Positions 1 to 8,416 of a stretch of DNA of 31,695 nucleotides are shown piece by piece; the first letter of the stretch is position 1, and every line of letters starts with the position of its first letter. Below the pieces are notes generated by a model, which saw nothing but the letters and a program-made list of their open reading frames with translations, did not search any database and had not been told where the DNA came from. The stretch is from Nitrososphaerota archaeon (GTDB taxonomy: Archaea; Thermoproteota; Nitrososphaeria; Nitrososphaerales; UBA57), in assembly GCA_002713205.1 (NCBI GenBank), contig PAVW01000005.1, forward strand, positions 1 through 31,695, written 5' to 3'. The position numbers and the translations under genes were made by a program.

Positions 1-96
1 CGCACCTGCAGCACCCGCACCTGCAGCACCCGCACCTGCAGCACCCGCACCTGCAGCACCCGCACCTGCAGCACCCGCACCTGCAGCACCCGCACC
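1..96 (+). repeat. Perfect 15-bp tandem repeat (CGCACCTGCAGCACC), 6 full copies plus a 6-nt partial copy, cut by the window edge. It is in frame and encodes an (APAAP)n linker.
   Basis: Positions 1-90 are six identical 15-mers. Positions 91-96 (CGCACC) start a seventh, then the sequence diverges to AGAA. The unit length is a multiple of 3. Confidence 0.95.
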
Positions 97-460
97 AGAA
101 ATAAATATGTTTCTCGTATTAGGTGAAATTCAACTATATTATGGTACAGGACTTATCCCAGTACCAGACCCTATTACATCCTTTGACACAATAAATATAG
201 AAACCAATGTAACAAATACAACTGATGACATGATTTCAGCTACTTGGATACTAACAATAACAGATAGCGATGGAAATATTGTACACGAAGGTCTTGTGAT
301 TTATCCATTAAATCCTAATCAACAAAATGTAAAATTATCAAACAGTTGGACTCCTACTACCTCAGGAGAATTTGTTATTGAAGTAGTTATTGTAGACAAT
401 TATACAGATAGAAATCTTATTTCCGAAACTCAAACTAAAACAATTACTATTTCTGCATAA
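2..460 (+). CDS. 3' part of a larger, probably secreted or surface protein: a Pro/Ala-rich (APAAP)n linker followed by a roughly 115-aa Thr/Asn-rich C-terminal domain. The 5' end lies outside the window.
   Basis: The frame is open from position 2 and is the same frame as track ORF 107..460. It reads GCA CCT GCA GCA CCC repeats, then APEIN-MFLVLGEIQ, with no stop until 458-460. Confidence 0.7.
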   Translation, partial: APAAPAPAAPAPAAPAPAAPAPAAPAPAAPAPEINMFLVLGEIQLYYGTGLIPVPDPITSFDTINIETNVTNTTDDMISATWILTITDSDGNIVHEGLVIYPLNPNQQNVKLSNSWTPTTSGEFVIEVVIVDNYTDRNLISETQTKTITISA

Positions 461-479
461 TTTTTTCTATGTTGAGATC

Positions 480-902
480 ATGAAAATAATCAATAAAACA
501 ATTCAAATTCAAACAAAATGCGAAAACGATATAATAAATATATCTGATTTAGTTGAAAAAGAGATTCGTTCAACTGATATAAAAAACGGTTCTGTTACAG
601 TATTTATCAAACATTCTACTGCAGCTATAACTACTATCGAATTAGATGCAGGATTGGAGAAAGATTTTCCAAATATGTTGAAACGAATTGCACCTGATGA
701 TCTTTCATATGAACATGAAAAAAAATGGCATGATGGAAATGGCAAATCTCATGTTAAAGCATCTTTAATTGGCCCTAGCTTAACCATTCCTTTTAACAAT
801 CAAAAACTATTACTTGGTACTTGGCAACAGTTGATAGTCTTGGAATGTGATATTAAAGGAAGACCAAGGGATATTGTTCTACAAATATTTGGCGAAACTT
901 AA
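480..902 (+). CDS. YjbQ/UPF0047 family protein (secondary thiamine-phosphate synthase-like)
   Basis: About 140 aa with family-typical blocks: SVTVFIKHSTAAITTIE, WHDGNGKSHVKASLIGPSLTIP and LGTWQQLIVLE. Confidence 0.85.
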   Translation: MKIINKTIQIQTKCENDIINISDLVEKEIRSTDIKNGSVTVFIKHSTAAITTIELDAGLEKDFPNMLKRIAPDDLSYEHEKKWHDGNGKSHVKASLIGPSLTIPFNNQKLLLGTWQQLIVLECDIKGRPRDIVLQIFGET

Positions 903-911
903 TAGTTTACA

Positions 912-1925
912 TTACTTTTTTAATTCATTTTTTAATTTTTTTGCAGCAAATTCCGGCGATGTTCTATTAACGAATATTTTTGTACCTATTTCTAAATTCT
1001 TTTCATCATTTATTCTTGGATATATTTCAATACGCCAATGAATTTGTTTTGAGGTTTTCTTTTCTGGTGATGTATAAATAATCAAATTAAATGGCACATT
1101 TCCAATCGTTTTTACCATGGTTTTAAGACTTAATTGCAAGACTTCTGATAAATCTGCAATTTGTTTCTGACTAGCACGAAACACACTCACCTCATGATTT
1201 TTTGGACTTATCCAAAATTCATAAGGATAAAATGATGCCCATGGTGTAAAAACTACAAAATTGTTTTTTGTTATAATATGCCTAGGGCTATTTTCTTCTT
1301 TTTTAATAATATCACACATTGTACATATGCCTTTTTCACGTAATGCTTTCTGTATAAATTTCGCTTCAGAATTAATTATTGGAGGCAGGATGGGTAAACT
1401 TACCATTTGTAAATGTGGATGTTCAAATTTTGCACCTGCATTATCACCATGATTCATAAAAACTGCAACATATGATACATTCTTTTGAGTATATAGCCAC
1501 CTAGCTTTATCCTGTACGGTTGTTAGAATATTTACCCACTGTTCCTTGTTAATTTGTGATATATCCATTGCATGTTTCTGACTCATAACTACAGTATAAT
1601 AATATCCTATAGCAGGTTCACTATATTGTGGATGATCATTATATTTTCTTGGTTCATTAGGACTAACAATACTATTATTTGCAAATGCTCTTACAGTCCA
1701 ATCTTTAACATAATTATCTGGTTCATCAGCACGTTTTGATAACGTACCTGTTTTACTTACTAATACTAGATCTGCAATTTCTGTAAGATGTTCATTTCCT
1801 GGACATAAAGTACAATCTTCAATTTTAATTAATTGTTTCATATTTTTTTTTTTGAATTTACTTTTTTTATTTTCAGATATAAAAACCACTTCATTAGAAA
1901 AATAATGCTTACGTTTCTCAGACAA
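912..1925 (-). CDS. GalT-like HIT-family nucleotidyltransferase (galactose-1-phosphate uridylyltransferase / ADP-glucose phosphorylase family)
   Basis: Has a CxxC zinc motif (CTLCPGNEH) and an HxHxQ active-site motif (FEHPHLQM). The N-terminal RKHYFSNEVVFISENKKSK resembles the conserved GalT N-terminus, so I keep the long form with its TTG start at 1925. Confidence 0.75.
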   Translation of the reverse strand: MSEKRKHYFSNEVVFISENKKSKFKKKNMKQLIKIEDCTLCPGNEHLTEIADLVLVSKTGTLSKRADEPDNYVKDWTVRAFANNSIVSPNEPRKYNDHPQYSEPAIGYYYTVVMSQKHAMDISQINKEQWVNILTTVQDKARWLYTQKNVSYVAVFMNHGDNAGAKFEHPHLQMVSLPILPPIINSEAKFIQKALREKGICTMCDIIKKEENSPRHIITKNNFVVFTPWASFYPYEFWISPKNHEVSVFRASQKQIADLSEVLQLSLKTMVKTIGNVPFNLIIYTSPEKKTSKQIHWRIEIYPRINDEKNLEIGTKIFVNRTSPEFAAKKLKNELKK

Positions 1926-1966
1926 AACAATAACCTATCTTGTTAATTTTTTATTGAATAACCCAA

Positions 1967-2926
1967 TTACACTATCTCCAACATTTTCAAAATCGGTTTT
2001 CGTGCTTTCTCAGCTATTTTTTTTGGAACTTTAACTTCATATATTAATTCATTCAAAGATTTGTATACCTTGTCCACATTTATCATTTTCATATATTCAC
2101 AAACTGCATCTTTTTGTGCTGGATAAAATGTCTTTGTAGGATTTTCTTTTCTCAACGGATATAATATTCCAGTTTCAGTTGCAACAATGAAATCTTTTGC
2201 TGTAGAAGATTTTGCATATTTTATCATTCCGCCAGTAGATAGAATTTTAGTTTTTTTTGCTGATATGTTATTTTCTGCCAAATTATACATCGTATTAGAA
2301 ACACATCCACATTCAGGATGAATGAGAAACTCAGCATTAGGTTGTGATTCTCTTAACTCATTAATTTTTTGTGCAGTTAACTGGACATGAACATGACATT
2401 CTCCTGGCCAAATACGCATGCTCCTGCTAGTTATTTTTTCTACATAAGCACCCAAAAATAAATCTGGTAAAAACAATATTTCTTTATTTGCTGGAATTGA
2501 TTCAACAATTTTAACTGCATTTGTCGATGTGCAACAAATATCACTTTCAGCTTTTACAGCTGCTGATGTATTGATATATGAAATTACAATTGAATTAGGG
2601 TGTTTTCTCTTCCACTCTTGTAATTGTTCTACATTTATAGATGATGCTAATGAACATCCAGCATCTAAATCAGGCAATAGTATTTTTTTTTGTGGCGCAA
2701 GTATAGATAATGTTTCTGCCATAAAATGAACGCCACAAAATATAATTAATTTATTATCTGATTTTTCCGTTTCCAATGCTAATTCCAAAGAATCTCCTAC
2801 AAAATCTGATAAATCTTGAACTTCTGGAATTTGATAATTATGAGATAATATAATCGCTGATCGTAATTTTTTCATTTTTTCTATTTCTTCTACTAAATCT
2901 ATCTTTGGATATATTATTTGAGCCAC
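1967..2926 (-). CDS. nadA: Quinolinate synthase NadA
   Basis: 319 aa with typical NadA blocks: ILSHNYQIPEVQDLSDFVGDSLELA, FCGVHFMAET, HPECGC. GTG start. Confidence 0.9.
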   Translation of the reverse strand: MAQIIYPKIDLVEEIEKMKKLRSAIILSHNYQIPEVQDLSDFVGDSLELALETEKSDNKLIIFCGVHFMAETLSILAPQKKILLPDLDAGCSLASSINVEQLQEWKRKHPNSIVISYINTSAAVKAESDICCTSTNAVKIVESIPANKEILFLPDLFLGAYVEKITSRSMRIWPGECHVHVQLTAQKINELRESQPNAEFLIHPECGCVSNTMYNLAENNISAKKTKILSTGGMIKYAKSSTAKDFIVATETGILYPLRKENPTKTFYPAQKDAVCEYMKMINVDKVYKSLNELIYEVKVPKKIAEKARKPILKMLEIV

Positions 2927-3009
2927 TTAATCACATCTTTTATTATTACAACTATCAAGGATTTATTAGCTTGTTTTATATTTTATGTGAGTTTCTTAAT
3001 TGGGGACAA

Positions 3010-3840
3010 ATGAACTCTGATTTAACCCGCTTTTTAAAGGAAGATTATGGTCATGGGGACATAACTTCAGAATTACTTTTTCCAACTAATTTAAGAACCA
3101 AAGCTGTTATAATTACAAGAGAAACAGGAATTATTGCTGGATGTATATTAGTTAACGAATTATTTCAAGAACTTGATCTTGTTACTGATTGGCATTTTCA
3201 AGACGGAGATACCATTAAAGAAAATGATCGAATAGTTTCAATTGAAGGTTCAGCACGACATATATTAGCTTTAGAAAGGACATCATTAAACATATTAGGT
3301 CATATGAGTGGAATAGCTACTAACACGAAAAAAGCTGTAGATACTGTTAAAAAAATAAATCCATTTACTGATGTAGCTGCTACTCGAAAAACATTACCAG
3401 GTTTACGACAATTAGAAAAATATTCTGTAATTATTGGTGGTGGTTTATCTCATAGATATGATTTACATGATATGATAATTGTTAAAGATACTCATTTAAA
3501 ATTAGGAAAAAACATTGACAGCATAATTAAATTAATTAAAGAAAAAACCAATTCCAGTCAGAAAATTGAAATTGAAACAACGACTATTAAAGATGCAATT
3601 AAAGCTGCACAATTAGGTGCTGACATAATCATGCTTGATAACATGACTGTTGACGATGTTAAAAAAACTATCAGTACAATTAAACAGCTACATTTATCTC
3701 ATAAAATTATTTTTGAAGTATCTGGTGGAATTAATTTTTCGAATTTAAAAAATTATGCTTCAACCAATGTTGATATTATATCAATGGGATATCTTACTCA
3801 TTCAAGTAAATCATTGGATTTCTCTTTAAAGATTATCTAA
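3010..3840 (+). CDS. nadC: Nicotinate-nucleotide pyrophosphorylase (quinolinate phosphoribosyltransferase) NadC
   Basis: Family blocks: EDYGHGDITSE, ERTSLNILGHMSGIAT, TRKTLPGLR, IMLDNM, EVSGGIN. I prefer the ATG at 3010 (MNSDLTRFLKED). The track start at 2905 adds a hydrophobic, non-homologous 35 aa overlapping nadA. Confidence 0.9.
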   Translation: MNSDLTRFLKEDYGHGDITSELLFPTNLRTKAVIITRETGIIAGCILVNELFQELDLVTDWHFQDGDTIKENDRIVSIEGSARHILALERTSLNILGHMSGIATNTKKAVDTVKKINPFTDVAATRKTLPGLRQLEKYSVIIGGGLSHRYDLHDMIIVKDTHLKLGKNIDSIIKLIKEKTNSSQKIEIETTTIKDAIKAAQLGADIIMLDNMTVDDVKKTISTIKQLHLSHKIIFEVSGGINFSNLKNYASTNVDIISMGYLTHSSKSLDFSLKII

Positions 3841-3847
3841 TTCTGAT

Positions 3848-4345
3848 TTATTTTTTTTTTGAATTTATTATTCCAATAGATTGTACCCTATCTTTTATTA
3901 TTACTATTAATATAGAACCTAATACTCCAACTGATAGAAAAGTTCCAATAAATAAATCAGTTATTCCTACAATAATAGGTAAATTGAATAGATAAGCAAT
4001 ATACACACCTACAATCATTGAAACGATAACAATCTGGCAACCTATACCAACAATGAACGGAACTTTGTTATTTCTACATATCTTCCATGCTACATACGTT
4101 GCAATAAAATTCGCAACTGTTCCTCCTATAATGTCAATAAATCCTAATCCACCAAATACATTTGCAACAACTGTACCTAAAGACAATCCAATTATTACTG
4201 GCATGCCAAAAATAATTGAAAGTGGTAATAATGCGTCTGCAATTCTCACTTGTATAGGTAAAAAACTAAACGGAGCTAGAAAAACTACTCCAATTGCATA
4301 TAATGCTGCAAATATACATGTTAACGATATTTCTTTTGAATTCAA
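3848..4345 (-). CDS. queT: QueT-family transporter (queuosine/7-deazaguanine precursor transporter, ECF S-component-like membrane protein)
   Basis: 165 aa and polytopic. IFAALYAIGVVFLAPFSFLPIQVRIADALLPL and GLGFIDIIGGTVANFIATYVAWK match the QueT (COG4708) pattern. TTG start preceded by GAGGTGA. Confidence 0.8.
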   Translation of the reverse strand: MNSKEISLTCIFAALYAIGVVFLAPFSFLPIQVRIADALLPLSIIFGMPVIIGLSLGTVVANVFGGLGFIDIIGGTVANFIATYVAWKICRNNKVPFIVGIGCQIVIVSMIVGVYIAYLFNLPIIVGITDLFIGTFLSVGVLGSILIVIIKDRVQSIGIINSKKK

Positions 4346-4415
4346 CCTTTCACCTCTTTACCGGGATTTTTTTATTAGCGGAACGGACGGAGGTGTCCTC
4401 AATCACCCGCTATTA
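4346..4415 (-). promoter_or_regulatory. Structured GC-rich 5' leader of queT, a candidate riboswitch or translational control element, including the Shine-Dalgarno GAGGUGA (4350-4356)
   Basis: The mRNA sense reads AGCGG-GUGAUUGAGGACACCUCCGUCCGUU-CCGCU-AAUAAAAAAAUCCCGGUAAAGAGGUGAAAGG-UUG. Inverted repeats are 4377-4381/4407-4411 and 4351-4356/4390-4395. It is a GC island in AT-rich spacer. Confidence 0.5.
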
Positions 4416-4463
4416 ATTATTATATATTGATTTTATTAATAATCTTTTCTTCTTTCTATATTA

Positions 4464-5222
4464 TTATCTATCATCTACTCTAGGCGCCAAATAAAAATTC
4501 ATAAACCCGCCCGAATCACCGAGTTTACATTGTAGTTTAAATGGCATTCCATTTGAATATTCGGCATTAATTGTATCTGTTGTAGCTCCTATCGCTTTCA
4601 CAATATTTAACAAATATTGTAAACTATAAGTTGCTTTATTATTTTCTTCCGAATTAATTTCTAAAATTTCATTATCATTTTTTTCTAATATTATTGATGC
4701 TTGACCAGAATCACCTATTCCGACGAACTTTACATTATCTTGATTAGTTTCAATAGTTATATGATCTGCTATTGCAGCAACATCATTTAATGCATCAACA
4801 AATGCCGTTTTTGAAATTACAAATTTTGAATTTAATGATAATTTAGGAACAGGAGAGGGAGTATACGAACTTTCAATTAAACGTATTTTAAATTCTCTTT
4901 TATAACCGTTTTCTAATTTAATATTTAGATATTCATTATCAGTTGCAGAAATTGTTATACGATTTTTTGACGCTGCTCTTTTAATTAATTTTGATAATTC
5001 TTCAACCCGTACAGTTAGTTTGAAAGGTTTTTCACATTCATATTTTTCAAATGATGCATTTGGCCAATTTAAATCAATCATTGCCACATGAGATGGATCC
5101 ATCCCTCTAAATTGTATGCCTTCTGGTGTAGCTTCGAAACTTGCTTCCTCAACAAGAACAGAAATAGCATTTACTATAATCTTCCATTCATTTGCTGAAC
5201 TTGTTTGTGCAATAAATGACAT
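4464..5222 (-). CDS. pcn: DNA polymerase sliding clamp (PCNA)
   Basis: 252 aa with the archaeal PCNA pattern: FEATPEGIQFRGMDPSHVAMIDL, two-domain length, and C-terminal LAPRVDD. Confidence 0.9.
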   Translation of the reverse strand: MSFIAQTSSANEWKIIVNAISVLVEEASFEATPEGIQFRGMDPSHVAMIDLNWPNASFEKYECEKPFKLTVRVEELSKLIKRAASKNRITISATDNEYLNIKLENGYKREFKIRLIESSYTPSPVPKLSLNSKFVISKTAFVDALNDVAAIADHITIETNQDNVKFVGIGDSGQASIILEKNDNEILEINSEENNKATYSLQYLLNIVKAIGATTDTINAEYSNGMPFKLQCKLGDSGGFMNFYLAPRVDDR

Positions 5223-5285
5223 TTACTATAATTCTCCTTAATGTTTGTTATGAATAAGTTCTAAATAATAACTATTGTTAAGTAA

Positions 5286-5615
5286 TTAAGAATACTCTCT
5301 CCATGTCTTATTACATTTAACACAACGATAGAATCTAGTAGCCGGTTCATCTCCGCTTCTAGTTTGTCTCTGCCACGAATACGCTTCTTCATTTCCACAT
5401 TTTGGACATTTCTCTTTTTCTATTGGTAATGTACGCATATCGGATTTACTCTTTATTTTAATAGAATCTTTTTTTCCTATTGCTTCTACTGTTAAAATTG
5501 GTGATTCCAACTTCACAGCAAACGATTTATCACAATTTCTACAATATAATTGTACATTGCCATCGTCTTCCTTTCTTCGGATAGTTTTTTCTCCACATGA
5601 ATCACAAAATTGCAT
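5286..5615 (-). CDS. tfs: Transcription elongation/cleavage factor TFS (TFIIS/RpoM-like)
   Basis: N-terminal zinc ribbon (CDSCG...CRNC) and a C-terminal TFIIS-type ribbon: CPKCGNEEAYSWQRQTRSGDEPATRFYRCVKCNKTW. Confidence 0.9.
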   Translation of the reverse strand: MQFCDSCGEKTIRRKEDDGNVQLYCRNCDKSFAVKLESPILTVEAIGKKDSIKIKSKSDMRTLPIEKEKCPKCGNEEAYSWQRQTRSGDEPATRFYRCVKCNKTWREYS

Positions 5616-5658
5616 GAATATTACACCATAACTGTTTTCAATATAATAACTTGATTGT

Positions 5659-5931
5659 CTATTTTAATAGCTTTTTATATTTTTTTTGTAATTCTTCTGA
5701 CATCTTAATTGCATTATTTCCTCCTCGTATAAGCTCATCGATTGGTTTTTCTTCATTACTTTGTAAACTCAACTCGAACTTTGGAATTAAAGGATGTGGT
5801 TTTACTACACCTGCAAATAATACGTTTTTACTTTTAATCAATTCTTTACTCAAAATCTGACCAATAGATAAATCTTCATTTTCTATTTCCACTGTCATTT
5901 GTTTCTTTTTTTTTGCAATTTTCAGTTTCAA
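5659..5931 (-). CDS. rpoL: DNA-directed RNA polymerase subunit L (Rpo11)
   Basis: 90 aa. EIENEDLSIGQILSKELIKSKNVLFAGVVKPHPL matches the RpoL/Rpb11 signature. Confidence 0.85.
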   Translation of the reverse strand: MKLKIAKKKKQMTVEIENEDLSIGQILSKELIKSKNVLFAGVVKPHPLIPKFELSLQSNEEKPIDELIRGGNNAIKMSEELQKKYKKLLK

Positions 5932-5958
5932 TTATATCAACCTTAATGACGTTTACCA

Positions 5959-6795
5959 CTATTCAAGCTTATCCTTCGCTTTTGGATAAGAACCAAGTAT
6001 TTTTACTGTACTGCCAATATTTTTTAAACCTTCTATTGCAATGTTACATATTTCATCATCAATATGACCTTCAAAATCTAAGTAAAAATTATATTCCCAT
6101 GCTTTTTTTCTAGTTGGACGTGACTCAATTTTACAAAGATTTATTTCTCGTTCTGCAAATTCCCTAAGAGCCTTATACAAAGCTCCAGAAACATGTCCAG
6201 ACGAAAAAATTATTGAGGTTTTATCATTTCCTGTGGACTCTGTTTTTTTATTTGATAAACAAAAAAATCTCGTGAAATTATCTTCATTATCCTGAATTTG
6301 TTCATCAATTATTGTCATATCATATAATTTTGCTGTTTCACGACTCGCTATTGCAGCAGCATTTTTTAATTTTTTTTCCTTTATCATTTTTACACTCCCT
6401 GCAGTATCATATGTGGCTATAGTTTCACGACCATATCCTCGTAGATAATCTCTACATTGTCCTAGTGCTTGTGGATGTGAATATACTAAATTGATATCAT
6501 TTTTTATTACTCCAGAGTGTGCTATAAGACAATGATTAATTTTAACATTAATTTCACCACTTACACGAACAGAAGAACGTAATAATAGATCATATGTTTC
6601 CGTAATGCTACCTTGGATTGAATTCTCTACTGGTACAATTGCATACTCAATTTCTCCATTTTCTAAAGAAAGAAACAAACCGGAAAGATTTCTATATGGT
6701 TTCGAAACTGCATTTACAAAAAACTTATGAACAGCCTCTTCACTATAAGATCCTATTTCTCCTTGAAATCCTACTTTTTCATTATTGATATCCAA
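5959..6795 (-). CDS. pheA: Prephenate dehydratase
   Basis: VGFQGEIGSYSEEA at the N-terminus, and an ACT domain with the IESRPTRKKAWEYNFYLDFEGH motif. Confidence 0.85.
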   Translation of the reverse strand: MDINNEKVGFQGEIGSYSEEAVHKFFVNAVSKPYRNLSGLFLSLENGEIEYAIVPVENSIQGSITETYDLLLRSSVRVSGEINVKINHCLIAHSGVIKNDINLVYSHPQALGQCRDYLRGYGRETIATYDTAGSVKMIKEKKLKNAAAIASRETAKLYDMTIIDEQIQDNEDNFTRFFCLSNKKTESTGNDKTSIIFSSGHVSGALYKALREFAEREINLCKIESRPTRKKAWEYNFYLDFEGHIDDEICNIAIEGLKNIGSTVKILGSYPKAKDKLE

Positions 6796-6800
6796 AAAAA

Positions 6801-7715
6801 TTAATAAACCTCTGTTGTCCAGTGCTTGTACATTTCTTCTTTTCCATATACAGCTCCAGAGTACTTTTCTCTAATTTTTGTCGTTAATTCTCCAATTCTC
6901 CCTGTACCGATTTTTCTATTATCAATTTCAATTATAGAGGTGACTTCAGCAGCTGTTCCGGTAAAAAACACTTCATCAGCCTGATAAAGTTCTATTCTTG
7001 ATATTTCTCTTTCATTAACTTCAGTTCCTAAATCTTTTGATATCTGAATTACAGAATCTCTTGTAATTCCAACTAATATTGATGAGCTAGTTGGCGGTGT
7101 GGATATTTGTCCATTTTTCACCACAAAAATATTTTCCCCCGTACCTTCACTAACTGTGGAATTTTTATCTAACATAATCGCATCATCAAAACCTGCCTTT
7201 AAAGCATCTAATTTTGCCATTACTGAATTTAGATAATTTCCGCTTGCTTTTGCTTGTGGAGGCATGGATTCATCTGAAATTCTTTTCCAATTCGATATAC
7301 AAACCTTAATTTCAGGATTTTCAAAATATTTACCAAAAGGAAATGCTATTATTGCTGTATCAATTGGAAAACCAGTAAAATTTAATCCAATACCACCATA
7401 ACCAACAAAAATTAATGGCCTGATATAACTGGATTCTTTCAACTTGTTGATTTTCAATAGCTCTATTATTGCATTTTCTAATTTTGTTACAGATTGAGAA
7501 TGTTCCAAAGGTAATACTTTTGCTGATTCTATTAATCGTTCTAAATGATCTTTAAGTCTAAATATTAATAAATTATTTTCAGATGGATATGCTCGAATTC
7601 CTTCAAACACAGCTGTTCCATAATGTAAAGCATGGGTTAGGATTGGAACTTTCGCTTTATTCCACTTAATAAACTCCCCATTCATCCAAATATATTCTAC
7701 TTCTTGTATAGGCAA
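6801..7715 (-). CDS. ilvE: Branched-chain amino acid aminotransferase
   Basis: Class IV aminotransferase blocks: IWMNGEFIKW, HALHYGTAVFEGIRAY, GENIFVVKNG, ITRDSV, ADEVFFTGTAAEVT. TTG start in the track. Confidence 0.85.
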   Translation of the reverse strand: MPIQEVEYIWMNGEFIKWNKAKVPILTHALHYGTAVFEGIRAYPSENNLLIFRLKDHLERLIESAKVLPLEHSQSVTKLENAIIELLKINKLKESSYIRPLIFVGYGGIGLNFTGFPIDTAIIAFPFGKYFENPEIKVCISNWKRISDESMPPQAKASGNYLNSVMAKLDALKAGFDDAIMLDKNSTVSEGTGENIFVVKNGQISTPPTSSSILVGITRDSVIQISKDLGTEVNEREISRIELYQADEVFFTGTAAEVTSIIEIDNRKIGTGRIGELTTKIREKYSGAVYGKEEMYKHWTTEVY

Positions 7716-7835
7716 ACAGACATCGTCCGGTTACTCACAAAATTCTATAAAAACTTATAATATTAATAAATATTCTATTTCGATTTATTCTAAATTAGCT
7801 GTCATAATTAAACAATTTTTATAAAAATGCATAAT

Positions 7836-8381
7836 TTATTTAAAATCTAATGCAAGTTTTTTAAATCTTTCCAAACCACATTCCACACACTTTACACCTC
7901 TATCAACCTTAACAACTTGACTACAACATTCTATACATTTAGAACTAACAACTCCATCATTTTGTTCCCGTATATTCAAGTAGATATTTCCATCAACAAC
8001 TGAAAAAACCGTTGCTCTAACACGATCAGTTACATCCACTCCTGATTCCCTTTGACCTCTGCTTCTTCTTATCTCAATTACCCCACTTAAAAATTCAAAA
8101 TTTTCCTTTTCATTTACTTTAATAATTTTTAAAATAGCTCCAGGTCCAATAATATTTTCTATAATGCCTTCAACTTTATCATTGGGTTTTGGCATGTCAT
8201 TTTTTTTAACATGAGTTTCTATTGTAATTAATTTGTTTTTATTATCGATATTGATTTTTCCTAGAATTGACGCTCGAATTTCACCATTAACTTCATATGT
8301 TCCTTCACCAGGTTCAAATTCTTCAACGACTGCTAATTTATCTCCAGGTATTGCTTTTTCTTTTCGGCTATTATTTTCCAT
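7836..8381 (-). CDS. csl4: Exosome complex RNA-binding subunit Csl4
   Basis: N-terminal PGDKLAVVEEFEPGEGTY, a central S1-like region, and a C-terminal Cys4 zinc ribbon (CIECCS...CVECG). Confidence 0.85.
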   Translation of the reverse strand: MENNSRKEKAIPGDKLAVVEEFEPGEGTYEVNGEIRASILGKINIDNKNKLITIETHVKKNDMPKPNDKVEGIIENIIGPGAILKIIKVNEKENFEFLSGVIEIRRSRGQRESGVDVTDRVRATVFSVVDGNIYLNIREQNDGVVSSKCIECCSQVVKVDRGVKCVECGLERFKKLALDFK

Positions 8382-8416
8382 AATTTGTTTCTAATGAGAA
8401 GATATATAACTTCATA

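Noticed and set aside
1-96. Tandem repeat as a possible CRISPR array or satellite
   Set aside because: The repeats are contiguous with no spacers. They are 15 bp long (a multiple of 3) and lie in an open reading frame continuous with ORF 107..460, so this is a coding low-complexity linker.
509-745. 78-aa minus-strand ORF inside the YjbQ-family gene
   Set aside because: It is a shadow ORF opposite a confidently assigned gene. The same reasoning applies to 847..1041, 1261..1452, 2529..2729, 5651..5860, 5913..6113 and 9267..9455.
1842-1925. Possible spurious N-terminal extension of the GalT-like gene (alternative ATG at 1841)
   Set aside because: I considered trimming to MKQLIKIEDC. However, the upstream RKHYFSNEVVFISENKKSK segment resembles the conserved GalT N-terminal strand that precedes the CxxC motif, so I kept the long form.
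2905-3009. 35-codon N-terminal extension of nadC in the track ORF
   Set aside because: The extension (MDILFEPLNHIFYYYNYQGF...) overlaps the nadA start on the other strand and does not look like NadC. The conserved NadC N-terminus begins at the ATG at 3010.
3851-3860. T10 run just after the nadC stop as a dedicated oligo-T terminator
   Set aside because: The run is the complement of the C-terminal Lys codons of queT (…SKKK). It may terminate nadC transcription, but the sequence alone cannot separate that from a coding constraint.
4053-4430. 125-aa plus-strand ORF overlapping queT and its leader
   Set aside because: It is an antisense shadow of the well-supported QueT membrane protein gene. 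Its 3' part runs through the structured leader, and I recognise no homology.
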